Origin: Hydrolagus affinis
Lineage: Eukaryota
Length of the DNA stretch: 63,555 nt
Reading direction: 5' to 3'
Assembly (NCBI GenBank): GCA_012026655.1
Contig: JAAILG010000211.1
Span: forward strand, 62,001 to 125,555
Below are positions 23,171 through 36,013 of the stretch, in pieces (positions within the stretch are counted from its first letter, which is position 1; the number at the start of each line of letters is the position of its first letter). A program made the position numbers and the translations under genes. The notes under the pieces were generated by a model. It worked only from the letters and a program-made list of their open reading frames with translations, did not search any database and was not told the origin of the DNA.

Positions 23171-25270
23171 ATAAATTTCTAAACATTTGAAACTGCATTA
23201 CATGCCGTGCAATACCTCCAGTTTGATATGCGTTAATATAAATAATATCATGCCACTTTACTATTATGTTTAGAACTCAATTTTTTTTAAAGAAGAATTG
23301 CTCTGGTTTAAGAATGGCAAATACATAACTGCAAGAAATGCAGACCAGTCAACCAGTGTTTTACAGATACAACATCAAATTATCCGTCCAGTTTAATTAA
23401 AGCAATACACATATAAAATTTCAGCATGTCCCTAAATTAATATTGCATGCTTTGCAGTTTAAATACAGTCTGTTATTGCTTCATTCCTTGATTCATTGAT
23501 TGCTTCTGATGACTCACCACTATTCAGGGTATTCTGACAGTTTAAATTTTGTTCAAGTAGCATCAATTGAATTAATGCAACAACAAGTCTCCCTTGTGTG
23601 ATCCATAAATAAAATATTACATTCTTCCATTAAAATGATGTCAGACCAAGCAACTAAGGTGGATTCTTTGCTTAAGGAATCAGCAAAGCAAATTCCACAT
23701 TGATCTTGTGGGTACATACACCATCCAAATCAATGCATCACTAAGCAACACAAACTGAGAAAGTTCAATTGAAAGTCTGAGTAAAGTTCAGTTAATCTCA
23801 ATCCAGAGTAATAACTGAGATGTTAAAATTGGTTCAGCACCTATGGCTGGACTCTTATTTGGGAATCCACCTAAGTTTCTCCTCTTTATATCTGGGTGTC
23901 CCCCACCTCACATCAGTGCCCAAAATTCACAGTACTCAGCACCCCAGATCTGCCTTTACCAGAGCACAGTAAAGAATCAGCATCACAATCTGAGGGTTGG
24001 AGCTGGACCGATTTGGAAGAGGGAAACATTGGGGAGTAAATAAGTGAAGAAAATAAGTTGCCTCAGGAGCAAAATGCAAATTGTAGAAATTAACAGCAAA
24101 AAAGCCTACAGTCCATTGAGTCTGCACTGGCTTTCAGAGTCAGGTGTTAATCCAATCCCACTGCCCTGTCTTATTCCCATATCCCATCAAGTCTCCAGCA
24201 ATGTTTTGGGTACAGTTCCAACAATAAGAAAATGGGTGATGGATATTAAACCTGATGAATGAGGAAAACTTGAGTGGGTAATATGTCCAAATGCATTATT
24301 GTAGTCACCAAACATCAGTGTTAAGTGCACATGGATAAACCTGGGATCAGACAATCTGCCTTTCCACACTCTGTTAAAAAAATTAATTTGAGCATTTTTC
24401 TGCTCTATGTAAAATCAGTATGGCATTTAGGGGATTATTCTACCCCAGCGACTTAAAATGGAGGAATAATTCTCCTTTAGTCTCCAAGTGGGTGAGAGAT
24501 TACCAGCTCTGTACTTAGAAATTTGAGCTACGACTGCTTTTAATTCAAAACATTACAGAGACCATCAGCATAAAAGGCACTAATTATTTCTCTGGACATG
24601 TGTAGAAAAGTGGAACAGCCAAGAATAACACAGCGTTTTTTTTATTCTGTTAAACTGTCATTGAAATCTGGCCGGTTTGCTCAGACAGTAACTTATTATC
24701 ACTGTATGTCACAGCATTTCTATAGAAAATGTATTCAATTTCATTTTATAATAAAATGTTTAATACTATCAGTTGTGGACGAGTTGGTCACACAAGTGGT
24801 TTTGCCGAATTCGGATGAGACGTAGGATTTTAACTCTCCCACCCACTCCTTCCTTTGAAATCTGGAACAAGTCAGCCTCTCTCAGCCCTTTAAAATGGCA
24901 ACTGAGAATTTTTAGCCAACGTCAGACACCACTGTTATTCAGAAGTAGTGGAGGGCATTTCCAAACACATTATAGCAGCATTCCTTAATTGAGAAAATGG
25001 AAGACATTAAGGAATACCCCAATTTCGATACCAAGAGTGCCAAATCTCCAGCAGGCCCAGTTTGAGACATTGAGTCTGGAAGCTCAACTGAAGATCTGAC
25101 ATTGGATTTTCAACTTAAGTAATCAAATGATTAAATTAATTATGCCTCTCCAGGCCACTAAAATGTGACAATTCTACAATGACAGCTTCAAAAACACCAA
25201 TTATGTTGAGCTGGGTTCCACCACTTTAATCCTTCTAGATTTAATTATTTTCATACATAGCTTGCGCGTG

Positions 25271-25291
25271 GGAGGAGGAGGAGGAGGAGGA
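25271..25291 (+). repeat. (GGA)n microsatellite
   Basis: ggaggaggaggaggaggagga. Confidence 0.9.
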
Positions 25292-26293
25292 AGGGTGGGA
25301 GAGGAACAGGTTAAGACACTAGATTGCCACATCTAAATCATTGTAAAGGTCAAACACTATAAAGTACTACCCTTGGTAAATGATAATGAAATATAATGCA
25401 AGCCATGAACTGAGTAGCTGAACCAGGCCTCAAAGCAAAATGAACGGAAATGTTAGTTGATTCAGGTTTCTGCTGTAAACTATAGGATGATTGGTAGTTC
25501 TTTGTTGTAATTAGGGATGTGCAAGCACTGAAGTGATTCATAAAAACTGTAATTTACATTTGTTTTGTGGTTTGCATGCTGATGTCACTGAGCCAGATAC
25601 TTTGCTGTTCCTGTTTTTAATTAAGTAATTGGAACATTGCAACTTGCTGGGAAGCATTTAGTTTCTCTCCCCCACAGAACATAATTGTTGCTGATGCCGC
25701 AAAGACAAATAATGTTGAATGGTAATTTAGAATCCGTGAATTCTACATAGAAGGACAGGCAGTGTTGAATGTAAATGCTTTTAGATGAATACAAACTCTA
25801 AACTGTTAAGACAACAAACACTGTGACCAGAGTTTTAATAGCTGTTTGTTTCCTTTGAATAAATACAATATATTTCCCCCTCTCCAATATGTTTATGCCA
25901 TACAATTGAAATTGAGGATGAAGTGTGGGTGGATCTTTAAATGAAAGTTGCAGTGTCAAAGTACAGAATCAATTTGGCAATGGTTAATTTCTACCTCAAG
26001 CCAATAAAGAAGGAAAGGCAATGAGGAATTATCATCCTGCACTATGGGGTTTAAAGTCAGATGTGAAGTCCAATAGTTATTCGGGAGTTTACTTATGGGA
26101 TAATTTCACATACATGTTTTCTTTCCTCCATCTTACTTCAGAAGAGAGGAGCTTTTAAGGACCTTTTCTCAGGGGAATAAATGAGTGATATAGTGAGAGT
26201 TTATTTTTAGTCCTATAGGAAAAATCTGTTTTCAAATTTTTTTTATTCAATGGATCTTTAACTCCTGCAATTGTTGAAGGTTGATTCAGAAAT

Positions 26294-26343
26294 ACAATAA
26301 CAATATAGCTCCTTTCATATCAGGAGGACATCCCAAAGCACTG
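26294..26343 (-). mobile_element. Ultra-short L2 3' tail (with internal deletion)
   Basis: acaataacaatatagctcctttcatatcaggaggacatcccaaagcactg. Confidence 0.7.
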
Positions 26344-27175
26344 AGTTACTCCATTACAATTATGGAGAATTACCGATGTCTGTCTAAAATAAAGTCACTG
26401 CCAAATTACTCTTGCAACTCGTACACAATTTCAAGCTTTAGACAATCTGTCATATTGAATAATATAAACCTGATAATGCGGCTTTCTCAAAGATGGATCA
26501 CCGTGTCTTGTTTTCCTAATGCAAGACAGCAGCACCAGACAGTCATCTGGATTTTTTATATCCAACTTAGCTTCTCCAGGGCACTAGGAATAACAGATTA
26601 CATGCACATTGAAAATTGCGCTCACCAAAGTGCAATCTTATTACATTATCAGAACACAGTCATTTTCAATGATCTTATAAGTAGTCTCAGATTTACATAG
26701 CATTATCTGTAATGCCTGGGTGAACTTCCAGTGATAATTCTACTTTCGATAGTTGACTCTGTTCCCAGCTACGAGACTGCATTAGAACACTGCCCAAGAA
26801 AAGTCAGCAGAGAGATGCACGGTTCTGAAATTTTCTCACCATTTCTTTTGGATACATGTGAAGATACATTGATTTATCCATTTACTCATCCAGATCATTA
26901 TATTATATAATTATATCAGATATTAATTCATATCTGAGTTCATGGAGGAATTCACATTAGACATAGAAGAAAATAACAACAGTGTGCATTATTTGCATTG
27001 CATAAGCTTTTGTTTTTCTAGTAAGGAGAATATTGTATCCTGACAGGTTTAGGAAAATCCATGTGCAAGGCAATCACAAAGCTGTTGTAGCCAAAATACA
27101 GGAGTTAGGCTCTGTCCCCAGCTCTCCCTCTCTGGGACAATAATGGAATGCCTAAGTTAACCTCCCATCAGAAAG

Positions 27176-27208
27176 TATATATATATATATATACATATAC
27201 TGTATATA
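27176..27208. repeat. (TA)n microsatellite
   Basis: tatatatatatatatatacatatactgtatata. Confidence 0.85.
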
Positions 27209-27227
27209 TTTAAAAAACACACAAAAT

Positions 27228-27345
27228 AGAACTGTGAAGCTGTGGAATGATATGCCCCAGAAGGCATGTAGTGGCAAAATTAATAATGATGTTTAAAAGA
27301 ATGATAGACAGATACTTGAGAAATAAAGGTATGATAAGGTACCTA
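27228..27345 (+). mobile_element. Decayed CR1 3' fragment
   Basis: gtgaagctgtggaatgatatgccc...tttaaaagaatgatagacagatacttg (VKLWNDMP...FKRMIDRYL). Confidence 0.55.
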
Positions 27346-28239
27346 TGAATCAGGCATTGGGATCAAAAGATCTGCCCATATCTAACAAACATACAAGGAT
27401 GGCTGTGCATAAACCTACTTTTCCAAAATCCCATTGACAATCTAGAATAGACCTGCCATAGAATGTGAAACTTCAGCGTAGAATGTGCTGTTATGCATCA
27501 AGTGGTGCTCATTATCCTAAATATCCAGTGTAAATGAGGACTCTTGGCTTGCAGATTACAGACATTAATCAATGTCATCCTATAACATGGATCATTTATG
27601 CCAACAAGGTGTGAGCCAATGAATCAGTTCAGTATTGAGCCCGAATGGTTGCATTCTTAGTTGGTGCAATCAACATCATTTAGTTTTAAAATAGAGGAGC
27701 TCAAACTGTTACCAAGGACGCAGCTCAGCCTGCAAGTGTTTCTCTCCACACAACGGAGAGTTTAATTTACCTGCCACCCAGCTAGATTTGCATTGAATCC
27801 AATCAGTATACAGTGCATGCACAAAGTACTGCAGACTCCCACATTCTGAAGCAAGATTATAATTCTTTGTTTGGATAATTCAGTCCATGGTCATGCTATA
27901 CCCAGATAACGGTAATTACCCAATAGATAACATAGTACACAGTCTATGCTCTGGAATCACAGATGGAAGACAGGTGTATTGCGCAGATAATGTTGGTTCA
28001 TTTCACACATTATTTGAATGGAATTCTGAGGTACAGTACTATGAGCAGGGAACACACTGACCAATTACTGCAGATTACTGCATTGGATGGGCTCTCATGC
28101 CAACTAAAATGTATTTTCCATTAGTCTGCAATACATTAGAAACTTAAAGTAAAAGGAAATTGCTACATTCTGATTTGTTTAATTGGGAAAGAAATGTGCT
28201 ACCACATGGATAAATTAAATCATTCAGGCCACCTGAAGC

Positions 28240-28363
28240 ACAGCACTCCCTCGTATAGTATTGGGGTTTCAGCCCAAACTCGGAGTTCAATGACCTGATG
28301 TGAGTTTTCAACTCCTAACTTTCTGACTTAGAAGTGAAGAATAATGCCAACTGAGCCCAGCTA
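28240..28363 (-). mobile_element. Old DeuSINE-like 5' (tRNA-head) fragment
   Basis: cagcactccctc...ttctgacttagaagtg...gccaactgagcc, aligns by eye to the head ends of the copies at 29888 and 51041. Confidence 0.55.
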
Positions 28364-29572
28364 ACCTTCAAAAAAGTCATTGTTCTTAATTTAAAAGAAC
28401 ACAACATATTTTTGCATTATTTTCAGAAGATTGATTTTGGTACTGACAATTCAAACAGAATTTCTTTACTTCAACTTGCAATGCAGCTGAACTCACATTG
28501 GTGCAAAATAATTTGATTTAAAATGTTACAAATATAATTTCAATAGTTACAAAATAAAGAAATTGGAAACTGATGGAGTGAATTGCCTGGTTCATCCAGA
28601 AGCATAATGTTTGGGACTAAGGAATTTCATTTTATAATTTGTATCCCAGAAAATCAGCATTAAGGTGTCGTTTTGTTGGCTTCGGTATGAATGCTGCATA
28701 TTTATACAACAACCGAACTAAATCGTAGCTTAATTTTCATTGGCACAAAGTCCTTGTTTGGTCATGCAAAAATCTTAAGAATTAGTGGAGCGTATTCAAC
28801 AGATAGAACCCTAAATTAATGACAATCCAATCTTGTTTCTTAAATGACGCACCTGCAAATGTGATTGTTCTATATGTTAATTTGGTATAAGGAGTTAATG
28901 GGTTCATTTACTATCTGCCAAACCTAATCAGTACGAAACATGCATCAGATACTCCAGATTTCATAGCATTTACAGGCATATTTGTCCAGATACTTCAATA
29001 AGTAACAAATTTATACACATTGAATATAAAACACACATTTCCAGAACATTTCAATCCACAACTACAAATCAATATTCTTTTTACAAATATAAAATCTATT
29101 ATGTGTCTCCTTTTTGCCAATGTTGGTACAAAAACCTCATCAGACATCTCAGATTTTCAAGGCCATAACTACAATAAACTGCAGATCTTTTGGAGAATAT
29201 GACAAAGCTACTAGTCAATCATATGAGGCAAACATGAATTAGCTGCGTAAAGCCGGAAAGGTCAAACATAATTAAAATTAACCCAATCACTTACCTGGCT
29301 AAACCCATGTGTACAGAGGCATTTCCAGTTCTTGAACCACTGCTCATCTCTAAGAACAATTTAAAATTCTGCAAACTCACTAATGAAATGGATAATTCAT
29401 AAATGTCACAATTATAACATGATCCAAATCAAGGATGTGTTAGTAATTGCTGTCTATCACTCTGAACCACACACACTTTACCTCACTCCCAGTATCCTTT
29501 TGTACATCCAGCTCTTATTCTTATTGGTCCTTTTGTTAATTGTCAATTTGCTCGTGAAGGAATATCCAACAA

Positions 29573-29660
29573 CCCAGGTAGCAAGCCCATGTGGGCCCCA
29601 TATGGGACAAATTGGGTTGATCTATGCCAATATGGGCCCCACATGGGCTTGCTACCTGGG
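29573..29660. mobile_element. 88-bp MITE with 31-bp TIRs and AA TSD (CMC/EnSpm-like termini)
   Basis: cccaggtagcaagcccatgtgggccccatat ... atatgggccccacatgggcttgctacctggg (30/31), with aa immediately on both sides. Confidence 0.8.
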
Positions 29661-29887
29661 AAATGTGACAATTCTATTCCTCCAACCTATTTTGAGCTGA
29701 GAATGCAGTTTAATTTACCTGCAGTCCAGCTAAATTTGCATTTTAAAATTCAGTGATTACGAAACATGGATGAGGCTTTTCAGATTCCATGGCATTTTCA
29801 AGATTATGCAGACATTTTATTCTTAATTTAGGTATCTTAATTTGTAGTTAAAGTGTAAAAATAACATTAACCATCTTTAAATTGGAC

Positions 29888-30272
29888 ATAGTACCTTGCA
29901 TGTCAGGAGGATTTCTCAAAGCACTCAACAAGATTTACTGTGAAATAATGACTGTATATTTGTGGACAAACATGGCAGTCAGGTTAATGCAGAGAAATAT
30001 CTCACAAACAGGCAAGAGGTGAATGACTAATTTTATCTGGGGGCTTGTTGACCAGGAAAAGATATTTCCCTTTGTTTTTTTTTAATGGTGCACTGGAATC
30101 TTTAATATCCACATGAGCAGGCAGATGGGACCTCTGTTAATGTCTCATCAGAAGGACTTAATCACCAACAATGTTTAGTTATTGCGTGTCAGCTTTAAGT
30201 TCCACATCCCAATGTGGGGCTTGAACCTACAACATACTGACACAGAGACAAGAGAGCTAAAAACTGAGCCAG
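29888..30272 (-). mobile_element. Old near-full-length DeuSINE-like element
   Basis: ctcacaaacaggc...gaatgac...ggaatctttaatatccac...gcagatgggacctctgttaatgtctcatcagaagg...ggggcttgaacctacaac...actgagcca. Confidence 0.75.
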
Positions 30273-30494
30273 ACTTCAATAAATGTTAGAGCTTTACACA
30301 ATATATACAATGAGAACATGCTCCAAGTCACTATAACGAATTGGTTCCAAGAATATACAACCTTCACGTCATGGAAGATATTGTAGGCTCCAGTCAACAA
30401 CTTACATAGCAACCCTCATGCATGCCAGTGTCCCAGAGAGCTTTCAGTGGTGGAGCACAAGGCCCAGCTAGTGGAAGTGGGTGACTGTAGGCAT

Positions 30495-30592
30495 GGTTGA
30501 AGATGAAGATCTTCAGGCATGATCTGAAGATGGGAAAGAAAGGGGCAAGGTGGAGGGATAAAGGAGGCGGGTTCCAGAGTTTGGGGGAGTTT
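30495..30592 (-). mobile_element. Decayed L2 fragment
   Basis: Purine-rich ttgaagatgaagatcttcagg...gttccagagtttggggg, the reverse complement of the P.LWN...LK..LF region. Confidence 0.55.
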
Positions 30593-31062
30593 TGTGAATA
30601 CTTTTGGTATATACAGGTATTTACAGAGCAAGATGTAATTTTCTGTCTCTTTCATTCCCATTACTGTTCATATGAGGACGTGCTGAATGTGGTAAAATAT
30701 CTTGTGTATGCGCATAATTGTACTCTTATTATTTTCTGAAAATACATTACATCAAGATATGTTTAATAGTAAGTAATCTAGTTGATAATTAGAGGTGTAA
30801 TTCACAGGTGTAATTTGAACACTCTGACTTTTAAATAGGCCATTTGTGAAAGCCAGCAGGTATTTTTGAATAAAAGTTAAATCACAAAGAAAAATGTGAC
30901 AAGTGTGCCATCTAGGCTTACACTCAAGCAATGCTTCCATCAGTACTCCTGTTATCTTGTTATGTGCAAACACTGCCCCTGTTGGTGGCTTATTAAGGCA
31001 CAATACAGTTAAAACAACAAGTACAGTATACGATCAGTGTACGTTTCTTTTGCAAACATGGA

Positions 31063-31121
31063 AAACAACAAGAAAAAATACATTGAGTTAGTGCCTTTTG
31101 CGTTGGGAGGATGTCCCAAAA
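31063..31121 (-). mobile_element. Degenerate short L2 tail
   Basis: aaaacaac...tagtgccttttgcgttgggaggatgtcccaaa. Confidence 0.55.
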
Positions 31122-31304
31122 ATAGTCACTAGGCACTTACTGAGCAGAGTAAATTGTAGAATGCAGTATGTAATGTTTGGGGCAATTTGCAGCCATTCAA
31201 TATTTAACACAGTGAGTGGACCTGGACTTGTGTGTGTTACAGATTCTCCGTCTTCTTCCTTTCATTCACTTCTAAAAGACAACATCCATAAAAGTGTGGC
31301 TGCA

Positions 31305-31520
31305 TCATTAGACACCTCAGAGGAATCTTATAAAGCTATATAAGACTCTTAATAGGATAGAGAAAGTGAACCCGGAACAGTGCTTTCGGATAAACCAAGG
31401 CAGTAAGAAAAGAGGAAATTAGATTTGTGGTTGTGGGGGGCAAATATATGACTGACAATAGGAAGTGTTTCTTTACACGGAGGATATCTAATACGTTACC
31501 TGGAATGGTGGTTGAGGTTT
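31305..31520 (+). mobile_element. Decayed CR1 ORF2 3' fragment
   Basis: agacacctcagaggaatcttata...tataagactctt...atagagaaagtgaac...aggaagtgtttctttacacggagg (RxLRG.L...YK.L...RK.FFT.R motifs). Confidence 0.65.
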
Positions 31521-32134
31521 TGACACTAGCTTTGTGAATAAAGTTAATGAATGTTCCACATTATGGTAGTATTTCGTTTGTACTTGTTTATGAAATGTAC
31601 AACAAGTCACAATGGTGAAATGAAACCTCAAGGTTCAGGAAAATATTCTGTAGTACAGTTAAAGTAAGCAAGAAATGGAGCTCAAATTCAATGTCTGAAC
31701 TCAGCTTGCCTTTTGAATCAATGGAATTCATTAGCATAGAAAACTAACTCAATCAAAACAATTTTCTTTTGGGGAAAGATTAGCCAATTTAAAAGAAAAA
31801 AAAGCTTTCGGTACCATAAAAAATCCAAATGAATGGGTCTTTCGGCATAAGACTGAACAATTCTATACTATGCTGACCAAGCTATTTCCCAAAATGTCAA
31901 ACTCAGGAACCATCTGGTTTTCCAACTACTCAGTAATATGACCACAACCACAGATGATAACATGGCAAATAATTTTGCCTATAAAATTGCAAAAATAAAA
32001 TCCATCCACAGATTTAGCAAATTGTAAATAATGATTCTATGTACACTTAAAAATCTTGATGATATAAAATCCTTCCATTTAATATAGTATCTTTCATTTT
32101 GGTAAGACATCTCATTGCGTTAACAGGATATACC

Positions 32135-32232
32135 ATAAAGTGGAGTGACAGTGGTATTTTGTAGGCAAACACAACTGCCAATTTGTACACAACAATGTCC
32201 AACAATAATAAATATGAATAAATTGGTCCATC
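32135..32232 (-). mobile_element. Old DeuSINE-like internal fragment
   Basis: gtaggcaaacacaactgccaatttgtacacaacaatgtccaacaa. Confidence 0.5.
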
Positions 32233-32254
32233 AATCCATCACTAACTATGGAAC

Positions 32255-32343
32255 ACTTCTGTGCACAGTATATTCTGTGAAGCACTTTCAGACATTTTGA
32301 ATGCATGGTAAGGCACTATATCAAATACCAGGTTTTTATTATT
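32255..32343 (+). mobile_element. SINE 3' tail
   Basis: acagtatattctgtgaagcactttcagac...aaggcactatatcaaataccagg...tattatt. Confidence 0.7.
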
Positions 32344-32454
32344 TGCTTAACATAGTATATAATATGTTGCTGGCCTTAATAGCTCAACATTACACACCCA
32401 CATTGTCCAAAACTACTGGATAGTATTGATTAGAAGCAGAAACTTTGGTTAATT

Positions 32455-32595
32455 TTTCCCCCCACCTTCCCTACCCAGAGACACTAATTGCAGTGCCCAA
32501 AGTGCTGCTTTGCCTGAGGCTTGAACCTGTGACCTGCCAGTCTTATGTATTTTACACTGGGAAATGCCTTCGCCAATTAAGTCATCAGAGAAGCC
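32455..32595 (-). mobile_element. Ancient tRNA-headed SINE fragment of another family (unassigned)
   Basis: Plus strand ggcttgaacctgtgacctgcc...ccaattaagtcatc gives degenerate B-box and A-box remnants on the minus strand. The body differs from the Deu-like SINEs. Confidence 0.35.
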
Positions 32596-34688
32596 GAATA
32601 AATTAAATTGGAAGAAAATTATTTCAGAACAATGGTGAAGAATCAGTTACGATAAACCTTTTTGTCTATTTTTACCAAGTAGATGGGTTCATAACGGCTC
32701 CAAGCTTATTAGAATATACTTCAATTTTCCCTGGGTAAAAATGTATTCAACTCCAGAATTGTTTTTAAAATAAAGGTACATTCCTTTCTCTGGGTTTGTA
32801 TTAACTTCACAGTATGCCTTCTATGTGCTTAAAGCAGCCTTTCTAATTGACAAGCAAATAATTGGTTTTATCCAATTAAGTTTCCTCAAGCCCATTAAAA
32901 CTCCATAACTTGAAGCCATCATTTTTTTTAAAAAAGGAATATTTTTAACAGAAATTATTTCAAATATCAATCGATGATATTTCTTCATGAGTGGAATGAA
33001 AATAAATTTTAAATGTTCCAGTCAGCCACAAATCATGATTCTGCCCTTCAGATGTTCACAAAACATAAACCGTTAGCCAACATGTGCAAGAACGGATTTA
33101 ATTTTTATTTGGACTCTGTCCCAGACTATCCCTCCTGAAAATGTTGAAGTCTGTTTTAAATTAGCATTTTCTTCTGTTTGGGGTCTGTTCTAAATATCTC
33201 TCACTTCATTCTGAGTTAAGTTAGTCAAATTATATTCTACAGTGTAACTGATCGGTAATGATCATCAATGAAATTCAATATATAACACACAAGTCTCTGT
33301 CATTGTATTATTAACCATTCGGGAACAGATGATTGTTTAGATTCTAAACATGTTGCATAAATCCAATAAATACCATGAAACAAAATGACTGTAACTCAAA
33401 ATGGGTTCCAGCCTTTCTAAATGATTAAAACGAGAGGCATAACCTCTTACTAAAATATTATTTTGTTCCTATTATGTGTCAAACATTTTTTCTCAGTTTC
33501 ATTGAGTGTTCCCAATCTTGAATTCTTGACCAGTTCTCACAATTCCTTACCCTAAGCAGAAGTAGTTACTCATACCCTCCATAGCACTCACCTGTATCAC
33601 CGAAAAGGGAGTTGTCTCATCTTATACACATGTGCTGTCTTCCTGGAGAAATGTGCTTTGGGTTGTTTATCAAGTGATTTTGCTGATCTTGCAATATTGG
33701 ACATGTTACTGCAATCAATAGCTGAGCATCCTGCTCTTCCTATTTGTGGTTAGTTAGTTATTCATTTCCTTTCCTGTCATCAAGAGTTCATATTTGCCTA
33801 ATTGTTTTTCTTAGTCCTTATTATTGAACTTCAGAAAAGGAGAAAATGTTTGCCCCATTACCATACTGTTCCACCGGTTAACCATATTGTAAATTGCTTA
33901 ACAGTGGAATTCTTTGCTTCATTGTTTCTCGAATATCCATTGCTAGGAGAATTTATATTCATAGTTGGAGAGTAATCTGTTTCCTCCAATATAATTGTAG
34001 ATGATATTTTATGACCTGAGGATCTCTTGGTTCCATTTGGCTAATGTGAATACCAATGGTAGGTTCTTGCCTTAAACAGCATGTTATTCTAAGATATTAA
34101 AGTAACTTTATGGATGTAACATTTATTCTTATCCATTAATGGGGCTCAGGCTCACATTTTTTACTTATAAGTTAAGTACCTTTACATATTACTCACATTT
34201 GTTTGATTTTCATCTTAATCTAAATGAAAACAGAAGTCCATATCACGTTTACTGGTACTGTAAGGAATTATGGTGCCATCTGAGAAAGTTTATTCCTGAT
34301 TATTACATAATTTGTACTTTGGAAGTGCATTTTTTGAGAGGAATGGAACAATTATGAAGAAGAGAATTGGCTGTTTATTTGTTGATTGGCAAGTATGTCT
34401 AAGAGCAGTTATGCCAATATTGAGTAGCTATCCATTACTGGCATTTGTGGACTCGACCACAGGTGACGAGTAACCAAGTGTTTCTGAGAGCCTTAATGGG
34501 GTCAAATTGTTCAATCACTTGTTGTTGCATGTTTTATGTTTCAATGCAAAATATGCTAATCGCTGTTGAGAGTCAACAAGCTTTGTGGTTCAAATGTGTG
34601 GTTATATCTTCCATTTTTGACTTCATTAATTTTATCGACCAAAGAAACATTAATAAACTATCCACAACCGTTACTAAAGGTGACATAG

Positions 34689-35194
34689 GCACCAAGCTCC
34701 GCGACCACATCACTCCCACCCTTGACTGGCTCCATTGGCTCCCCATCCCCAGAGGATCGAATTCAAGATCCTCGTCCTCACCTTCAAGGCCATTCACAGC
34801 CTTGCCCCCCACCCTCCCACCACCTCTCCGACCTGCTGTCTCCCTATGAACCTCCCTGCCTCCTCTGTTCAGCAGGCTCCGGTCTGCTCCATGTCCCCCG
34901 CCCGACCCGCCCTACCATCGGCGGATGGGCTTTTAGCCTCTCTGCCCCCACACTCTGGAACTCCATCCCAAAGTCCCTTCACCTCGCTCCTTCCCTCGCC
35001 TCCTTTGGGTCTCAAAGGTTTCCTCTTCAGCCATGCCTTCTGCTGCCCTCCCAACTCTCTCCCTCCTCTCCTAACTCTCACCCGCCCCTTCCCCCTACCC
35101 TTCTCCCTTGCTCGGGTCCCGTCCTGAATGTCCAGCGCCTTGGGACGGCCTCCTGATGTGAAAGGCACTCTATAAGTGAAATTTTGTCGTCGTT
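34689..35194 (+). mobile_element. L2 LINE 3' end (ORF2 C-terminus, 3' UTR and tail)
   Basis: TKLRDHITPTLDWLHWLPI, RIEFKILVLTFKAIHSLAP and IGGWAFSLSAPTLWNSIP across frames, ending cagcgccttgggacggcctcctgatgtgaaaggcactctataagtgaaattttgtcgtcgtt. Confidence 0.95.
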
Positions 35195-35634
35195 ATTCAT
35201 CTAGAAGGTTTGATATCTGCAAAGAACTGTGTTGAAAAAATTCAAATTATATCCAGATATTTAAGTGTCATTGCAGACCTTAGTGAGTACGTGAAAAGGA
35301 TACCACATTTTTAAATGCCCTTTTCTAAGGTTATAAATTAATATTAAACAAAATGGTGAAAGCTGCACTCACTGTAACATCGTATGAGAAGGAGAATTGT
35401 GATAAAACAAGGTGTGTAATGTGCAGTAGGGATGATCATGAGACTATCACATGTTTTTATGGGGCCTTGTCAAGTGTCTTTCATCAACAGCATTGGACAG
35501 AAATAAACTATGTAAAAATGTGTTACTTTAAATCAATGAAACAGAGATGTCAGTGATTGTCAAAACAAATGCTTTCATCAAGGATATGAGTATTATCGAT
35601 GATTCTATTTCCCTTGTTCTTATTACAAAACTAA

Positions 35635-35720
35635 ATAAGAATCTTGCGTTTGATATGCCTTATCATGTTGCTGACATGTTTCAAATCACTTCACGTGATA
35701 CATTGTAAAGTATATTGTGT
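35635..35720 (-). mobile_element. Degenerate SINE 3' tail
   Basis: aataagaatcttgcgtttgatatgcc...tttcaaatcacttcac...tacattgtaaagt. Confidence 0.55.
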
Positions 35721-35732
35721 ATTTAGGCAGTG

Positions 35733-36013
35733 TGAGACTGTTTCCCCTGGTTGGAGAATCTAAAACTAGGGGTCATAATCTCAAGATTAAGGGTCAGTCT
35801 TTTCAAACAGAGTTGAGGAAACATTTCTTCACTCAGAGGGTAGTGAATTTACGGAATTCTCTGAGATTGATAGATTTCTAAAGGATAGAGGGATTAAGGG
35901 ATATGGGGATAGGGCGGGTAATGGAGTTATGTTAGAAGATCAGCCATGATCTTATTAAATGGCGAGGCAGACTCAAGGGGCCGATTGGCCTACTCCTGCT
36001 CCTATTTCCTAAG
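35733..36013 (+). mobile_element. CR1 LINE 3' end with 3' UTR
   Basis: LFPLVGESKTRGHNLKIKGQSFQTELRKHFFTQRVVNLRNSL, then gatcagccatgatcttattaaatggcg...gggccgattggcctactcctgctcctatttcct (typical CR1 3' UTR). Confidence 0.92.
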
